A stretch of 64,000 nucleotides of DNA, taken from positions 113,398,001 through 113,462,000 of the forward strand of contig OX597820.1 in NCBI GenBank assembly GCA_951406725.2, in the 5' to 3' direction. Source of the stretch: Octopus vulgaris. Its lineage: Eukaryota. Of the stretch, positions 29,419 through 41,826 are shown one piece after another. A program made the position numbers and the translations under genes. The notes beneath the pieces are model-generated. The model did not search any database, was not told the DNA's origin, and worked only from the letters and a program-made list of their open reading frames with translations. How positions within the stretch are numbered: the stretch's first letter is position 1; every line of letters starts with the position of its first letter.

Positions 29419-30006
29419 GTATGTATATATATATATATGTATGTATGTATGTATGTATGCATGCATGCATGTATGTATGTATGTATGTATGTATGTAATA
29501 TTAATGATTCGAGAGAGAATCAGGTATTTAAATGGTAGGCTCCAAGTTGGGTCGAATTAACTTGTAGACATCACCTAGTAAATACCAGGTTGAGCTGGAG
29601 TCTAGTTGTGATCCCACTAGATTGTTCTTCGTTTGTTTGAAATGCAACGCATTCTCTGATGAAAACGGATTTTTGTTATGACGCAATGTACTCATTCATC
29701 TATTTAAGAAATACATTAGAAACAGTTGTAATGAACTGACATTTATCCATCGTTTATTTATTTATATATTTATTTGCTATGTGTGTCTGTGTTCTCGCGT
29801 GAAGGCACGTCAGTAAGTAGTTAGAACAAAGGGCTTATAATCGTGAGGTTGTGAGATCGATTCCCGGATCTGGCTGCGTGTTGTGCTCTTGGGCAAGACA
29901 TTATTTCACTTTGCTCCATTTCACTCAGCTGTAGAATTGTGTTGCGACGTCACTGGTGCCAAGCCGTATCGATCTTTGCTTTTCCCTTGGATACCATCGG
30001 TGGCTT

Positions 30007-30862
30007 TGATACCATCAGTTGATACCATCTCTGGTAAGGGCTTTGAAATAAAACCAAGAAGAAGTTCCAGACACCCAGCTGAGTACTTGACAGACACTGA
30101 CTTTGCTGACGACATCGCTCTTATCAGTGATTCTCTCTCCAATGCCCAGTCTCTTTTACAATCTCTTGAACAAGCCTCAAATTGTGTAGGTCTTTACCTT
30201 AATGAGACCAAAACTGAATACATAAACAAGTGCCTGTCCAACAGTGATTGCATCATCCACACTCTCAACAGTGCACCTTTAAATATGGTTTCTGATTATA
30301 AATATCTTGGGTCATACATATCATCATCTGGAAAAGACTTTCTAACTAGAAAGGGTATGGCCTGGTCAGCCTGTAATGACATGCATAAGATCTGGTCATC
30401 AAATCTAAGTAGAGACTTCAAACTTGAAATATTCAAAGCCACAGTCGAACCAATCCTACTATATGGCTCAGAAACCTGGACGTTATCAAAGAAGCTTGAG
30501 AGGCGGTTGGATGGAACCTACACTCGCCTCCTTATGAGAGCTCAAAATCTCTCGTGGAGGCGCCATCCAACTAAAATGCAAATATATGGGAAATTACCAC
30601 CTGTGTCATCTCTTGTGAAGGGTAGGAGAGTCCAGTTTGCTGGACATTGTTGTAGAGCTGAAAAAGAAGTAATTTCTACTCTTCTCCTCTGGAAGCCATC
30701 TACTCGCAACACCAGAGGGCGCACACTCTCCTACCCTGATGTAATCTCCAGGGATACAGGCATCCAGCAACAGGACCTCCGTAATGCTATGATGGACCGT
30801 GAAGTCTGGCGCAACATGGTAAATTCCATTGTCTCGACCACGGTCGAACAATGATGATGATG
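30007..30862 (+). mobile_element. 5'-truncated RTE-clade LINE
   Basis: 11-bp TSD atcggtggctt at 29996-30006 and 30863-30873; (TGA)n tail. Confidence 0.92.
30021..30854 (+). CDS. RTE RT C-terminus, open frame (partial)
   Basis: DTDFADDIAL, GLYLNETKT, YKYLGS, LLYGSETW and FAGHCCR motifs. Confidence 0.9.
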   Translation, partial: DTISGKGFEIKPRRSSRHPAEYLTDTDFADDIALISDSLSNAQSLLQSLEQASNCVGLYLNETKTEYINKCLSNSDCIIHTLNSAPLNMVSDYKYLGSYISSSGKDFLTRKGMAWSACNDMHKIWSSNLSRDFKLEIFKATVEPILLYGSETWTLSKKLERRLDGTYTRLLMRAQNLSWRRHPTKMQIYGKLPPVSSLVKGRRVQFAGHCCRAEKEVISTLLLWKPSTRNTRGRTLSYPDVISRDTGIQQQDLRNAMMDREVWRNMVNSIVSTTVEQ

Positions 30863-31026
30863 ATCGGTGGCTTGGGAGAGGAGACTGGTATCCATGGATG
30901 ACTGCTGGTCTTCTATAAAACAACCTTGCTTGGATTTTTGCCTTGGAGGGGAACTTGTAGGGGCAATCTCATGGTCATTCATGATCGAAAGGTGTCTTTA
31001 CCTTTTCCTCATATATATATATATAC

Positions 31027-31067
<41 letters not shown>

Positions 31068-31068
31068 C

Positions 31069-31102
<34 letters not shown>

Positions 31103-31131
31103 ATGTATATATATATGTATGTATGTATATG

Positions 31132-31201
<70 letters not shown>

Positions 31202-31568
31202 ACTAATGTTGGATAAAATTTTTTTCGAAAAAAGAAATTTTATCAATGGCCAGCATATCAAAAAATACCTTTAAAGGTTAAATTTATAAATAACTTATAA
31301 GTTCTATTAATCTGGGAATACATTAAAGCCCTTTTAGGGGCTACTTTATTTGAATTCTTACTATCGGGTAACTAATTTCATGTTATTATATAACTGACTT
31401 CACAATTTGGGTATAACGTATTGGGAATTCCTAAACACAAGATCCAAAGACAGTTCGGTATTCTCTGCAAATACACAAAAACCGTTTTAAGGGCTACATA
31501 CTTTGCATTGTTGTTATTGGATAAGTGAAACGATTATGAAAACAGAACCAAGGGATAAGCCTCACTTT

Positions 31569-31596
31569 CCCGGGAATTACCGGGTACGTCAGCTAG
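31569..31596 (+). mobile_element. Helitron 3' terminus (5' end not located)
   Basis: Hairpin cccgg-gaatta-ccggg, then CTAG|T 8 nt downstream. Confidence 0.65.
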
Positions 31597-31635
<39 letters not shown>

Positions 31636-32172
31636 AAGACGATGGCGTAATGCTAAGAGATGAGAAAGATTGGAGGTAGGTAGCAACCTGCCTCCACGTA
31701 AGTAGTCTTTGAAAAATATAAATTCGTTTCTTCATCAATCAGGAATCGCAGGTGTTAAAAAGTGTCTGAGCAGTTCGGTCCCTTGTTGGAGTTACCACTG
31801 CTCACCCTATTACTTACCTGATGACCTGTAAAATGCTTGTATTTCTTAACAATGCTCAGCCAGTTTGGTGTGGCTAGCAGATTACTACTGATCCTCTCGG
31901 TATTGGAAGAAAATTGCCAGAAAGCATTATTCGAAGCAAGCTAAACATATATTGTTGGAATATAGGACTTTTATTGAGTACTCATCAAAAAAATTATTAG
32001 ATTTTCTACGGAGAATAGCCATCGTTGTTCAAAAATTGGTTGTATTTTATACGCATATTGCTTACCTCTCTATCTCTCTCTCTCTTTCCCCCTCCTCTTT
32101 CTCACTCTCCCCTCGCCGTTGAAATGCTGACCAAATCGAAGAAATAGGAAGGGATCGCAGAGTTTCTTTTAT

Positions 32173-32281
<109 letters not shown>

Positions 32282-32648
32282 GTACGTGATAATTTGCTCA
32301 AGTGAACTTCTAACTTCATATCTGTCAGATGTTTTGGAATCAGTGGTTTTGTTTTTGTCGCAATAAAATCACAACTATAATCATTTCTCTTTCCTATTGT
32401 CTGTCCATATCAATGCCAGGTATTCATAAACCTGAATAACAACGATTGCTAAGCGAATGCTACGATGAAAAGTACGCGTATTGACAATGTAAAGGCAATG
32501 TAGATTCGACGGAGGGGGAGAGAGCTAACGTACAGAACAGACATTTAATCACTATAAACAAATCATTTGACCACGTCGTTCAGTAAGGAATTGCGGACCC
32601 TCAACTGTCGTTTACGGTAGGCGAGTTCACCATATATACATATATCTA

Positions 32649-32690
<42 letters not shown>

Positions 32691-32697
32691 TCTATAT

Positions 32698-33555
32698 AGG
32701 TGCAGGAGTGGATGTGTGGTAAGTAGCTTGTTTACCAACCACATGGTTCTGGGTTCAGTCCCACTGCTTGGCACTTTGGGCAAGTGTCTTCTACTGTAGC
32801 CTCGGGCCGACCAAAACCTTGTGAGTGGATTTGGTAGACGGAAACGTATATATGTATATATGTTTGAGTGTCTGTGTTTGTCCCCCTAGCATTGCTTGAC
32901 AACCGATGCTGGTGTGTTTATGTCCCCGTCACTTAGCGGTTCGGCAAAAGAGACCGATAGAATAAGTACTGGGCTTACAAAGAATAACTGACTGAAACAA
33001 GTAAAAGAGTAAAGTATATATATCTATCTATCTATCTATATATATATATATATATATATACGATATAGTGTATATTTAAACACATGAGGAATCCACTTAT
33101 AGGAATTCAACACGCTATAGAACCTAGCTGTTCTTTCTAGCGTGTTAAATTCCTATAAGTGGATTCCTCATGTGTTTAAATATACACTATATCGTATATA
33201 TATATATATATATATAGATAGATAGATAGATAGATAGATATATACTCTTTACTCTTTTACTTGTTTCAGTCAGTTATTCTTTGTAAGCCCAGTACTTATT
33301 CTATCGGTCTCTTTTGCCGAACCGCTAAGTGACGGGGACATAAACACACCTGCATCGGTTGTCAAGCAATGCTAGGGGGACAAACACAGACACTCAAACA
33401 TATATATATATATACATATATACGTTTCCGTCTACCAAATCCACTCACAAGGCTTTGGTCGGCCCGAGGCTATAGTAGAAGACACTTGCCCAAAGTGCCA
33501 CGCAGTGGGACTGAACCCGGAACCATGTGGTTGGTAAGCAAGCTACTTACCACAC
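32698..33555. repeat. Palindrome of about 850 bp with a SINE A copy in each arm
   Basis: About 32713-33117 is inverted against about 33138-33555; both SINE copies carry the same two internal deletions. Confidence 0.92.
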
Positions 33556-33819
33556 ATATCGTATGACTAATATATAGTCTTTTGGACTAATTTTTTACAC
33601 GTTAGATCACTGGAAATGTAAATTTTAATTAATTTCCATTTCCCTTTGATATGATTAAATATTGTAAGTTTTTAGGATAATTTTCGATTTTAAAAGTTGG
33701 CTTCTTTTATTGCCGGCGAAGGACTGCGGCTGCGCAGTAGATTTTGAAAGAGTTAGGACGTATAAATACGGGGAAGGTAGTTTTGATCGCCCCGTGTGTA
33801 TACGTTTAGCCCTCGGTGG

Positions 33820-33893
33820 TCCTGCTGAAGAAGATTACACCTGGCGAGTTCCTTGACTTGCTAAACTAAAATCAGAAACCAATTGGTCCAGGA
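33820..33893 (+). ncRNA. Type I HHR with palindromic stem III
   Basis: tcctg CTGAAGA agatt...aatca GAAA ccaattg GTC cagga; the basal stem II pair is mismatched. Confidence 0.75.
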
Positions 33894-33998
33894 ATATAGA
33901 TGGTAAAATGTTTTTTTTATTTTTCATTTTGTTCCCGTCGAATTTTATCCCTAATTTTTGTGGTTATAGAACCTAGCTGTTCTTTCTAGCGTGTTGAA

Positions 33999-34205
33999 TG
34001 GCCCAAAAGTAGGTTTACAGTTATTCAACTATCTCTTCCGCATTTGTATATTAACAGTTTAGATCTTAATTATAGAAAAATATGAAACCATTATTCTATG
34101 CTAATTTAGTTAATTGTAAAATAGAAATTTAAATGTAATACAATGTTTTAACAGAAATTTAAAGTGCCTACGTGATAACTGTAAACCTACTTTTGACCCA
34201 CCCTA
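33999..34205. mobile_element. Tc1/mariner-type MITE
   Basis: TIR tggcccaaaagtaggtttacagttat and ataactgtaaacctacttttgaccca, with TA at the right flank. Confidence 0.7.
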
Positions 34206-34519
34206 TATATTTTTTTACTTTTTTACCTGTTTCAGTCATTTTACAGCAGCCATACTGAAGCATCGCCTCAACGTTCTGCCTTGAATAATTTTTAGTCGAA
34301 TGAATCGATCCCAGTATTTGTCTTCTGCTTGTTTTTTGTTTTTTTTTTCAGCCTTGTACTTACCCAGTCGGTGACTATTGCCGAACCGCAAAGTTTCCGG
34401 GACCTAAACACACCATCAGCGTTGTCAAACGGTGGTGGAACATAAACAGAGAAGCAAAGACACACACAAACACACACACATACACACACGCGCGCGCAGA
34501 CGCAAATACTTATCTATCT

Positions 34520-34890
34520 ATCTATATTGTTTTCACTGTCCTGTTCTTGTTACCACTTTTACCCTCCGCAAAAAATCCCAAATTTTATTTAATTTGCTTT
34601 GCGGGAAGGACTGTTTCAATGAAGTCGCGTCTTGTCTTTACCTTCGGAGCGGAGTAGATGAAACAGGGACATTTGAAGAAGGGGAATATTCCTTATGTTG
34701 TATGTCTCGTTTCTCTGTTGTTGTTGTTTTTCGTTGTTTGAAAAAATGTTCGTTTCTATGATTTTGTTTTTATGTTTTCGTTTCTCATTGTGTTCAACGT
34801 TTTTTTATGTCCTGTACCCATATTTGCATGTATATATACATATATATGTAGGTATGTACATATATGTATGTATATACGCATATATTTATA
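34520..34890 (+). repeat. Dispersed repeat family, unclassified (related copies at about 21990-22260, 35550-35750 and 36140-36465)
   Basis: Shared actgtcct...aaattttattt...gaagg..ttc...tgtcc(t)gt.cccatat pattern ending in (TA)n. Confidence 0.65.
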
Positions 34891-34899
34891 AATTATTTA

Positions 34900-34995
<96 letters not shown>

Positions 34996-35028
34996 GAAAG
35001 AATGTAGTTGAATGACGATTTAACAAAA

Positions 35029-35127
35029 TTCCTTTATTCTCGACATATGTTTCGAAGACTGCATATTCCTAATTTCGAAGGAATAAGGGGTGTATTATGC
35101 CGCCTTCTCATCAGGAAAGACAAGGAA
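35029..35127 (-). ncRNA. Type I HHR (mirror copy)
   Basis: Reverse complement of 35250-35347 with an intact core. Confidence 0.85.
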
Positions 35128-35249
35128 CTTATGTCAGCATCATGATGAACAAAAACTTTTAGATTACTGCCCACACGGAGTTATTATCGCTATGGACTCC
35201 GTGTGGGCAGTCATCAAAAAGTTTTTGTTCATCATGATGCTGACATAAG

Positions 35250-35347
35250 TTCCTTGTCTTTCCTGATGAGAAGGCGGCATAATACACCCTTATTCCTTCG
35301 AAATTAGGAATATGCAGTCTTCGAAACATATGTCGAGAATAAAGGAA
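35250..35347 (+). ncRNA. Type I HHR, intact, with palindromic stem III (ACATATGT)
   Basis: ttccttgtctttc CTGATGA gaaggc...gtcttc GAAA catat GTC gagaataaaggaa; predicted cleavage after 35334. Confidence 0.88.
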
Positions 35348-37399
35348 TTTTGTTAAATCGTCGTTCAACTCCATTCTCTCATTTATTTGTACTAAAAAAA
35401 CACACAAATTTCCACACGAAAGCACGTGATCTCTGCCCTTGGCATGTAGCTTCAACCGTGTTTTTCTGACGTGAATTTGCTACCCGGGTATCGGTTAACC
35501 GAATTATCCATACTAGGATAATTCATTCAACTACTTATATATATATATCTATATTGTCTTGTTTTCCATTTGTTTCTTTCATTGTTGCAAAAAAGTTCAT
35601 ATTCCATGTATTCGTATTTCGTATCTCATGTTTTCGTTTTTTAATGTTGTTTTTGTTCCGTGACATCCTATGCCCACATATGCATATGTATATACGTATA
35701 GATGTAAGTATGTACATTTACGTATGTATATATGCATATATATATATATATTATTTATATCATTATATGATTGAACGCCACGAATTCCTTTTCCAAGTAG
35801 GTTTAATCTTAATAATTCTGATGCGACACTATTCTATCCTATTACTCTTTCGTTTTCTCTCTTCCTTTCTCTTATTCTTTTACCTCCCCTTCTTCCCCTC
35901 TCGCTTTTTTTCTCTTATCATTTCTCCAAATCTTTTCCTCTCCCCTTCACAGTTCTCTGCCTGTCACTCCCTCTCCCTCACTATTTTGCTTTCGAGGCTC
36001 ACACTAACTTTTCCTAACTTGTGCGTCTTTCTTTCTGTCTGTTGCAGCTGGAGGAATGAGACGCATTCTTGTCTGTCTCCTGTCCAAGCTTGTTTCTCCG
36101 TGTTAGCCATCTCACCTCGTTTAGGCTTAGCAGCCGTCGCTGTTTGTTTTTACTGTCCTCTTTTTGTTACCAATTTTGACCCTCCACAAAATGTCAAATT
36201 TTATTTAGTTTGTTTTGCGGAAGCAACTGTTTTATCGAAGGCGTATTTTGTCTTTGAATTGCTCGAAATACGGATTAGAAAGCAGCCGACTGATGAAGGG
36301 TCGTTCGTTATGTTACTTGTCTTGTTTCCCATTAGTTTCTTTCGTTATTGCAAAAAAAAAACAGTTCATATTCCATGTATTTGCATTTCGTATTTCATGT
36401 TTTCGTTTTTTATGTTGTTTACGTTTCGTGACGTCCTGTGCCCACATATACATATATATATATATATAAGGACCTAAATCCTTCAAAGGGATTTTTTATT
36501 ATAATACGTTCTAGTGGAGAGTATATTGGCTTTTTTTTTTTTTTTTAATTAGTTAACTCTATAATTCTTAGTATTAAATAGGGGTTTTTTTCATTAACTT
36601 ATCTGTTGGTTGATTGTCTATTTTCCTTTTTCTTTTGTATAGACGGTAATTGCAAATGTCGTTAACAAATATTTATATATTGTGTATTGTCATTTGAATT
36701 AATGCTTAAGTGGCTTTATATATTTTTCTGTTTTTGATCTATCTGGCGTTCGGTTAATTATTATTTAATTGTTTGCTCCTTTTCGGGATATTGTAAAGGT
36801 CTTCATATTTTTGTTGGCATAACTCATTCATTCCAATAATGAATTCCCAAACAAAACCTAATTTGTGATTTCAAAACGATAATATTTCGTTTTGTTTTGA
36901 ATTAATTAGACTTGGAAACAACTTGAAGAGTTTTTGTTGGACATATGCACCAACTTGGAATAAACTAACGTCTACGCTTCTATTTTACCTTTCTTTATTA
37001 TACTGTGTGTGTGTGTGTGCGTGTGTGTGTGTCTATGTGTGGGTGTATGCATGTATATATGTATGTAAGTATACGACAGACTTTTTTCAGTTTCCACCTA
37101 CGAAATCCACCCACAAGGTTATAGCAACAGACACTCGCTCCAGATGTAGAAGAACCCGAAATCATGCAGTTAGGAAACTTCTTACCACACAGCAATAACT
37201 GTGTCTGTAGGCTTGATGATGTCACAAGTATAGGACAGTGTATGAAGGGTCTCGCCACTTATTTCTGCCATTTGTCACTATATATGTGTGTCTGAGTGTA
37301 TGTGCGTGAGATGTTTTTTATGTATGTGTGTATATATATTTGTGTGAAAGTGCAAAATCCGATATATATATATGTGTGTGTATATATATATATATATAT

Positions 37400-37762
37400 G
37401 GGCGCAGGAGTGGCTGTGTGGTAAGTAGCTTGCTAATCAACCACATGGTTCCGGGTTCAGTCCCACTGCGTGGCATCTTGGGCAAGTGTCTTCTGCTATA
37501 GCCTCGGGCCGACCAATGCCTTGTGAGTGGATTTGGTAGACGGAAACTGAAAGAAGCCCGTCGTATATATATGTATATATATATGTGTGTGTATGTGTCT
37601 GTGTCTGTGTTTGTCCCCCTAGCATTGCTTGACAACCGATGCTGGTGTGTTTACGTCTCCGTCACTTAGCGGTTCGGCAAAAGAGACCGATAGAATAAGT
37701 ACTGGCGGTGTTCCAGCATGGCCGCAGTCAAATGACTGAAACAAGTAAAAGAGTAAAAGAGT
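37400..37762 (+). mobile_element. SINE family A
   Basis: Near-identical to the 15981 copy, with an internal deletion in the tail. Confidence 0.92.
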
Positions 37763-37773
37763 ATATATATATG

Positions 37774-37805
<32 letters not shown>

Positions 37806-38921
37806 CATTATGTAGGTGTGTCTCTGTGTCTGTAAGTGTAAGTGTGTATACATGCATATATTCATACTTATATAGACACATATCTAAGCATACATTTATA
37901 CCGAATACACGGAGATGCATCCGGTTCGACTAGCACACAATTGATCGCGAATATTCAGCACAAAATAAACTCGCTCGCATACACACATGTGTATATGCAA
38001 GCGCCCACACACCCACACTTATACACACTCATACAGATGCTCAAGTATAATTATGCACTTATGCATGTACACTCAGTTAAGCATGGATGCTAATGTATTT
38101 GTATATATATATATATATATATATATACCAAAGCTATATATGAAAGCTTTCATATATGTACACACACACTCATACATGCACACATTCACACACGCACATA
38201 CTCACACACACACATGCACTCAGACATACACACACACAGCCACAGTTTCAGGTAGAGAGATTATGTAAGACGCTCGATAGGAAATAAGCCCATAAGTGAT
38301 CCATACGTGAAAATAAAAATATATAGCGTCCATATTTATACAGCTTGTCTCCATGAAGTCTATCGCAATTTTTTGAACTTACTCTTTCTGAGTTATCATT
38401 TTTAGTAATTGCGGTATTTCGCTTCAGAAGACATGAAAAGCTAGGAAGAGGATGGTGGATGATGTCGGATGAGGGTGAATATATAAATAAGAGAAATAAC
38501 AATGCCATAAACCCCATAAAGTAATGATAATTGTAACAACAATAATAACAACAATGATAACAATTTATAAAATGAAGAAAGAAAAGCAATAGCAACGGTC
38601 AAGGACAACATCTATGGGAATGACAACGATAATAATAACTAAAATAACATCAACAGAAAATTACAAAATACAAAAACATCATAGAATAACGACAACCGTA
38701 ATAACGCCAACAATGAGAATAAAATTATAAAATCCTCAATTGTAGCGATGAAGAGCCACAACAGCAGCAAGTAAACAGGAATAAAAAGCAGAAAGAACAG
38801 TCATGAAAATAACAAGAAGTGGGATTCATAAGGCCAGAGTTTAATCCGGTTTCTATGGCGTATAAAGTGACTGACTTTACAACGCCCTCTCCTGCACAGG
38901 ACGCCGATACGTTGCAGGGTT

Positions 38922-39155
38922 TAAGGCGGCGAGCTGGCAGAAACGTTAGCACGCCGGGCGAAATGCGTAGCCGTATTTCGTCTGCCATTACGTTCTGAGT
39001 TCAAATTCCGCCGAGGTCGACTTTGCCTTTCATCCTTTCGGGGTCGATAAATTAAGTACCAGTTACGCACTGGCGTCGATATAATCGACTTAATCCGTTT
39101 GTCTGTCTTTGTTTGTCTTCTCTGTGTTTAGCCCCTTTTGGGTAGTAAAGAAATA
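38922..39155 (+). mobile_element. SINE family B (B1 tail)
   Basis: TSD gatacgttgcagggtt / ggtatgttgcagggtt at 38906-38921 and 39156-39171. Confidence 0.92.
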
Positions 39156-39189
39156 GGTATGTTGCAGGGTTAACTTCCCAGTTATTGTT

Positions 39190-40200
39190 TGAACTCATTT
39201 ACAGCCGAGTGGACTGGAGCGAGGTAAAAAACTTTTCTTAATTCAAGAATACGGTGCACCATTCGGTTTGGGAATCGAAACCACGATTTTACTATTGTCA
39301 GTTCCGTACTGTTACCGTGGCTGAGTGAACTGGAGCAGTGTGAAATGTGATGTTTTACTCATCAAGAACACAATGCACTGCCCATTCTGGGAATCGAAAC
39401 CACAATCTTATTATTGTGAATTCCACACTGTAACCACAAGGCCACGCACATTCACAGTAGCAAGAAATGAAAATAAAAAATAAGAGCGAGGAACAGTTAT
39501 TAAAATAATGACAGCAACAGCTTAAATCTGTCATGAGCCCAAAGACCGGAACTGAATTACCAGTGTAGTAGCAATAATAACAATACAACAGGTAATAACA
39601 ATAACATTGGTTTTCAAATGTTGGTACAAGGCCAGCAATTTTTGAGGGGAGGGTAAAAGTCGATTATATCGACCTCAGCACTTCACTGGTACGTATTTTA
39701 TCGACCCCGAAAGGATGAGAGGCAAAGTTGAACTTGAACTCAGAAGATAAGGACGGACGAAACACCGCTAAGCATTTTGTCCGGCTTCCATCAATTCGCT
39801 GTCTTTGTAATAACATTTCTACTTTAAGTACAAGGCCTGAAATTTTGGAGGAGGAGGAGAAGGAGGAGGTAAATCGATTACATCGACCCCCAGTTCTTGA
39901 TTGGCACTTATTTTATCGACCCTGAAAGAATGAACGGCAAAGTTGATCACGGTGGAATTTGAACTCGTAATGTAAAGACCGATGAAATGCAGCTAAGCAT
40001 TTTGTCCGGCATGGTAACGGTTCTACCAGCTAGCTACCCTTGTAATAACAATAATAATGGTTTCCAATTTTCTCACAAAGCCAGCAATTCTGAGGAAGGG
40101 TAAGTCGATCACGGTGATCAACTGTTACTTATTTTATCTAACTTGAAAGGCTGAAAGGCAAAATCAGCTTCGGTGGAAATCGAACTCAAAGTAAAAACGA
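39190..40200 (-). mobile_element. Cluster of old SINEs: two D-like fragments followed by three B2-type copies
   Basis: Repeated gggaatcgaaaccac and tcgaccc.gaaag.atgaa.ggcaaa motifs. Confidence 0.7.
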
Positions 40201-40379
40201 CAAACACACACACGCACACACAGACTCAAATATGGACACATACACACACAGGAATGCATATGAAAGATTTTCTTTCGGCTCTTCAACGCGTTATCGTTAT
40301 ACGATTAACGCATTTATTTTCACAATCCTATTCATTTTTACTGAATTCGCTGTAGGGTTGCGTATTTTAGGACAGACAA

Positions 40380-40900
40380 ATATGTGATCCGTAGTATGGC
40401 CTGTTTCTTCATATTCCTTTCTCTTAGTATCCGGTGGTTGGGCCGGTTTTATAGCTCCATCAAACTGTAGCAAGTGTCTATTGTCTCGTCCTCTTTCTCA
40501 GGCCATTGGGTGACTTCCACTGGTTTCACGATGCTTCTGAGCCAGTAGGGTGGACTTCAGCAGTGGGGGTTCGTATGTCATTTGGAGAAGTGTCGTTCTC
40601 AAGTTTTTCCATCCAGAGCTAGAGTTTGGTTTCTCCCTGAGATATTGTTAGGAACTGACAGAGCTGAGGAAGTTTCTCCTTGTCATTAGGCCAGGTATTG
40701 ACGTCTGTGGACATCGATATTCGACAAGTCACTTTCCGTGTGATATCAGCGAAGACAATGCCAGCGAAGAAGTGCAGGTTGTTTATGTTGGTGGATTTCG
40801 ATCAACCAGTGATCAGGCGGCCAGTGTTGTTCAATACTGGGTCAAGTTTCTTGATCCAGACAGAATATAAAGGGATCAAGGTAGAAGTACTCATGCCACG
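40380..40900 (-). mobile_element. Decayed Ingi/Vingi-like LINE 3' end
   Basis: Manual minus-strand translation gives KKLDPVLNNTGRLITG*SKSTNINNLHFFAGI and later QWKSPNGLR. Confidence 0.5.
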
Positions 40901-41659
40901 CTTCTTATCACGTAATAGTAGATATTACCTGCAAATTCTACCAAACGCTTCGAAGCTGAGTTGCAAAATTTGAAGGATGACAAATCTACTAGGAGTTACT
41001 TGCAGTATATCTGCAATACTCAAAATATACATAGACCCAGTAAAGGAATTAAAATTACACACAAACATACTGAGAGCAATCACAGGTACCATATCTGGCC
41101 AGCGGAAAACAGTAACATCAAAGGGATACAAACTGTTTCATTTGTTTGGATTTCCAGTTTCTTTACAATAATCTAGACAAACGGAAACAATTGTTTTTAA
41201 AAGGAAATTACTTTCAAACACCCAAATGTATTTACGACAAACGATGTTTGAAACAACAAACGTCCTTCCTGTGAAAAAGAAAAAAAAGTAAAGCGAAGGA
41301 TTAAGATAACTACTAAAGTGTAGGCTTGTGGAGGGAGAATAGTAGGAGAAATGAGGAACAAAAGCAAAGACCAGTGTGGTGGAAGGGCTTGGATGCAGTT
41401 AGCTGCATTCATGAGCAGAACTTCGTAGTTGCAATAGGAAAGACAGAGTAAAAAGATGGCGCATCTATGGGATAGAAGTATAAGTCAGTTAAAGAGTGAT
41501 TCTTTGATAATACGAGAGCTTTTTATTTTGGAAACGGATAGTGATAGCAGCAGCAGCAGCAGCAGTAGCAGGAGCAGCACTGTTCCATGTGAGGGAAAAG
41601 TATCCCATAATGCACTTGTTCTCCACGTATTTTATGAAATATGGAATATAATAATGATA

Positions 41660-41826
41660 ATCCTTTCTACTATAGGCATTGGTGGTGGGCTTAGTCGGTT
41701 ACATTGACTCCAGTGTGTAACTGGTACTTATTTCATCGACCCCGAAAATATGAAAGACAAAGTTAGGCGAAACGCCACTAAGCATTTTGCCTGGCGTACT
41801 AACGATTCTGCTAGCTCGACGCCTTA
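41660..41826 (-). mobile_element. Degenerate SINE family B (B2)
   Basis: aactggtacttatttcatcgaccccgaaa...ctagctcgacgcctt. Confidence 0.75.

Larger units (their letters stand above)
29799..31005 (+). mobile_element. tRNA-derived SINE family D split by an RTE insertion
   Basis: tRNA-like head plus cttgggcaagaca central motif; resumes after the TSD at 30863; related copy at about 61000. Confidence 0.75.
34994..35383. repeat. Near-perfect palindrome of about 390 bp with one HHR per arm
   Basis: Arms are reverse-complementary around a short loop near 35181-35194. Confidence 0.93.

Noticed and set aside
36262-36302. GAAA...CTGATGA as a type II HHR
   Set aside because: No credible stems I or III.
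35554-36477. 307-aa hydrophobic ORF
   Set aside because: T-rich repeat fragments lacking stops by composition; no recognisable domain.
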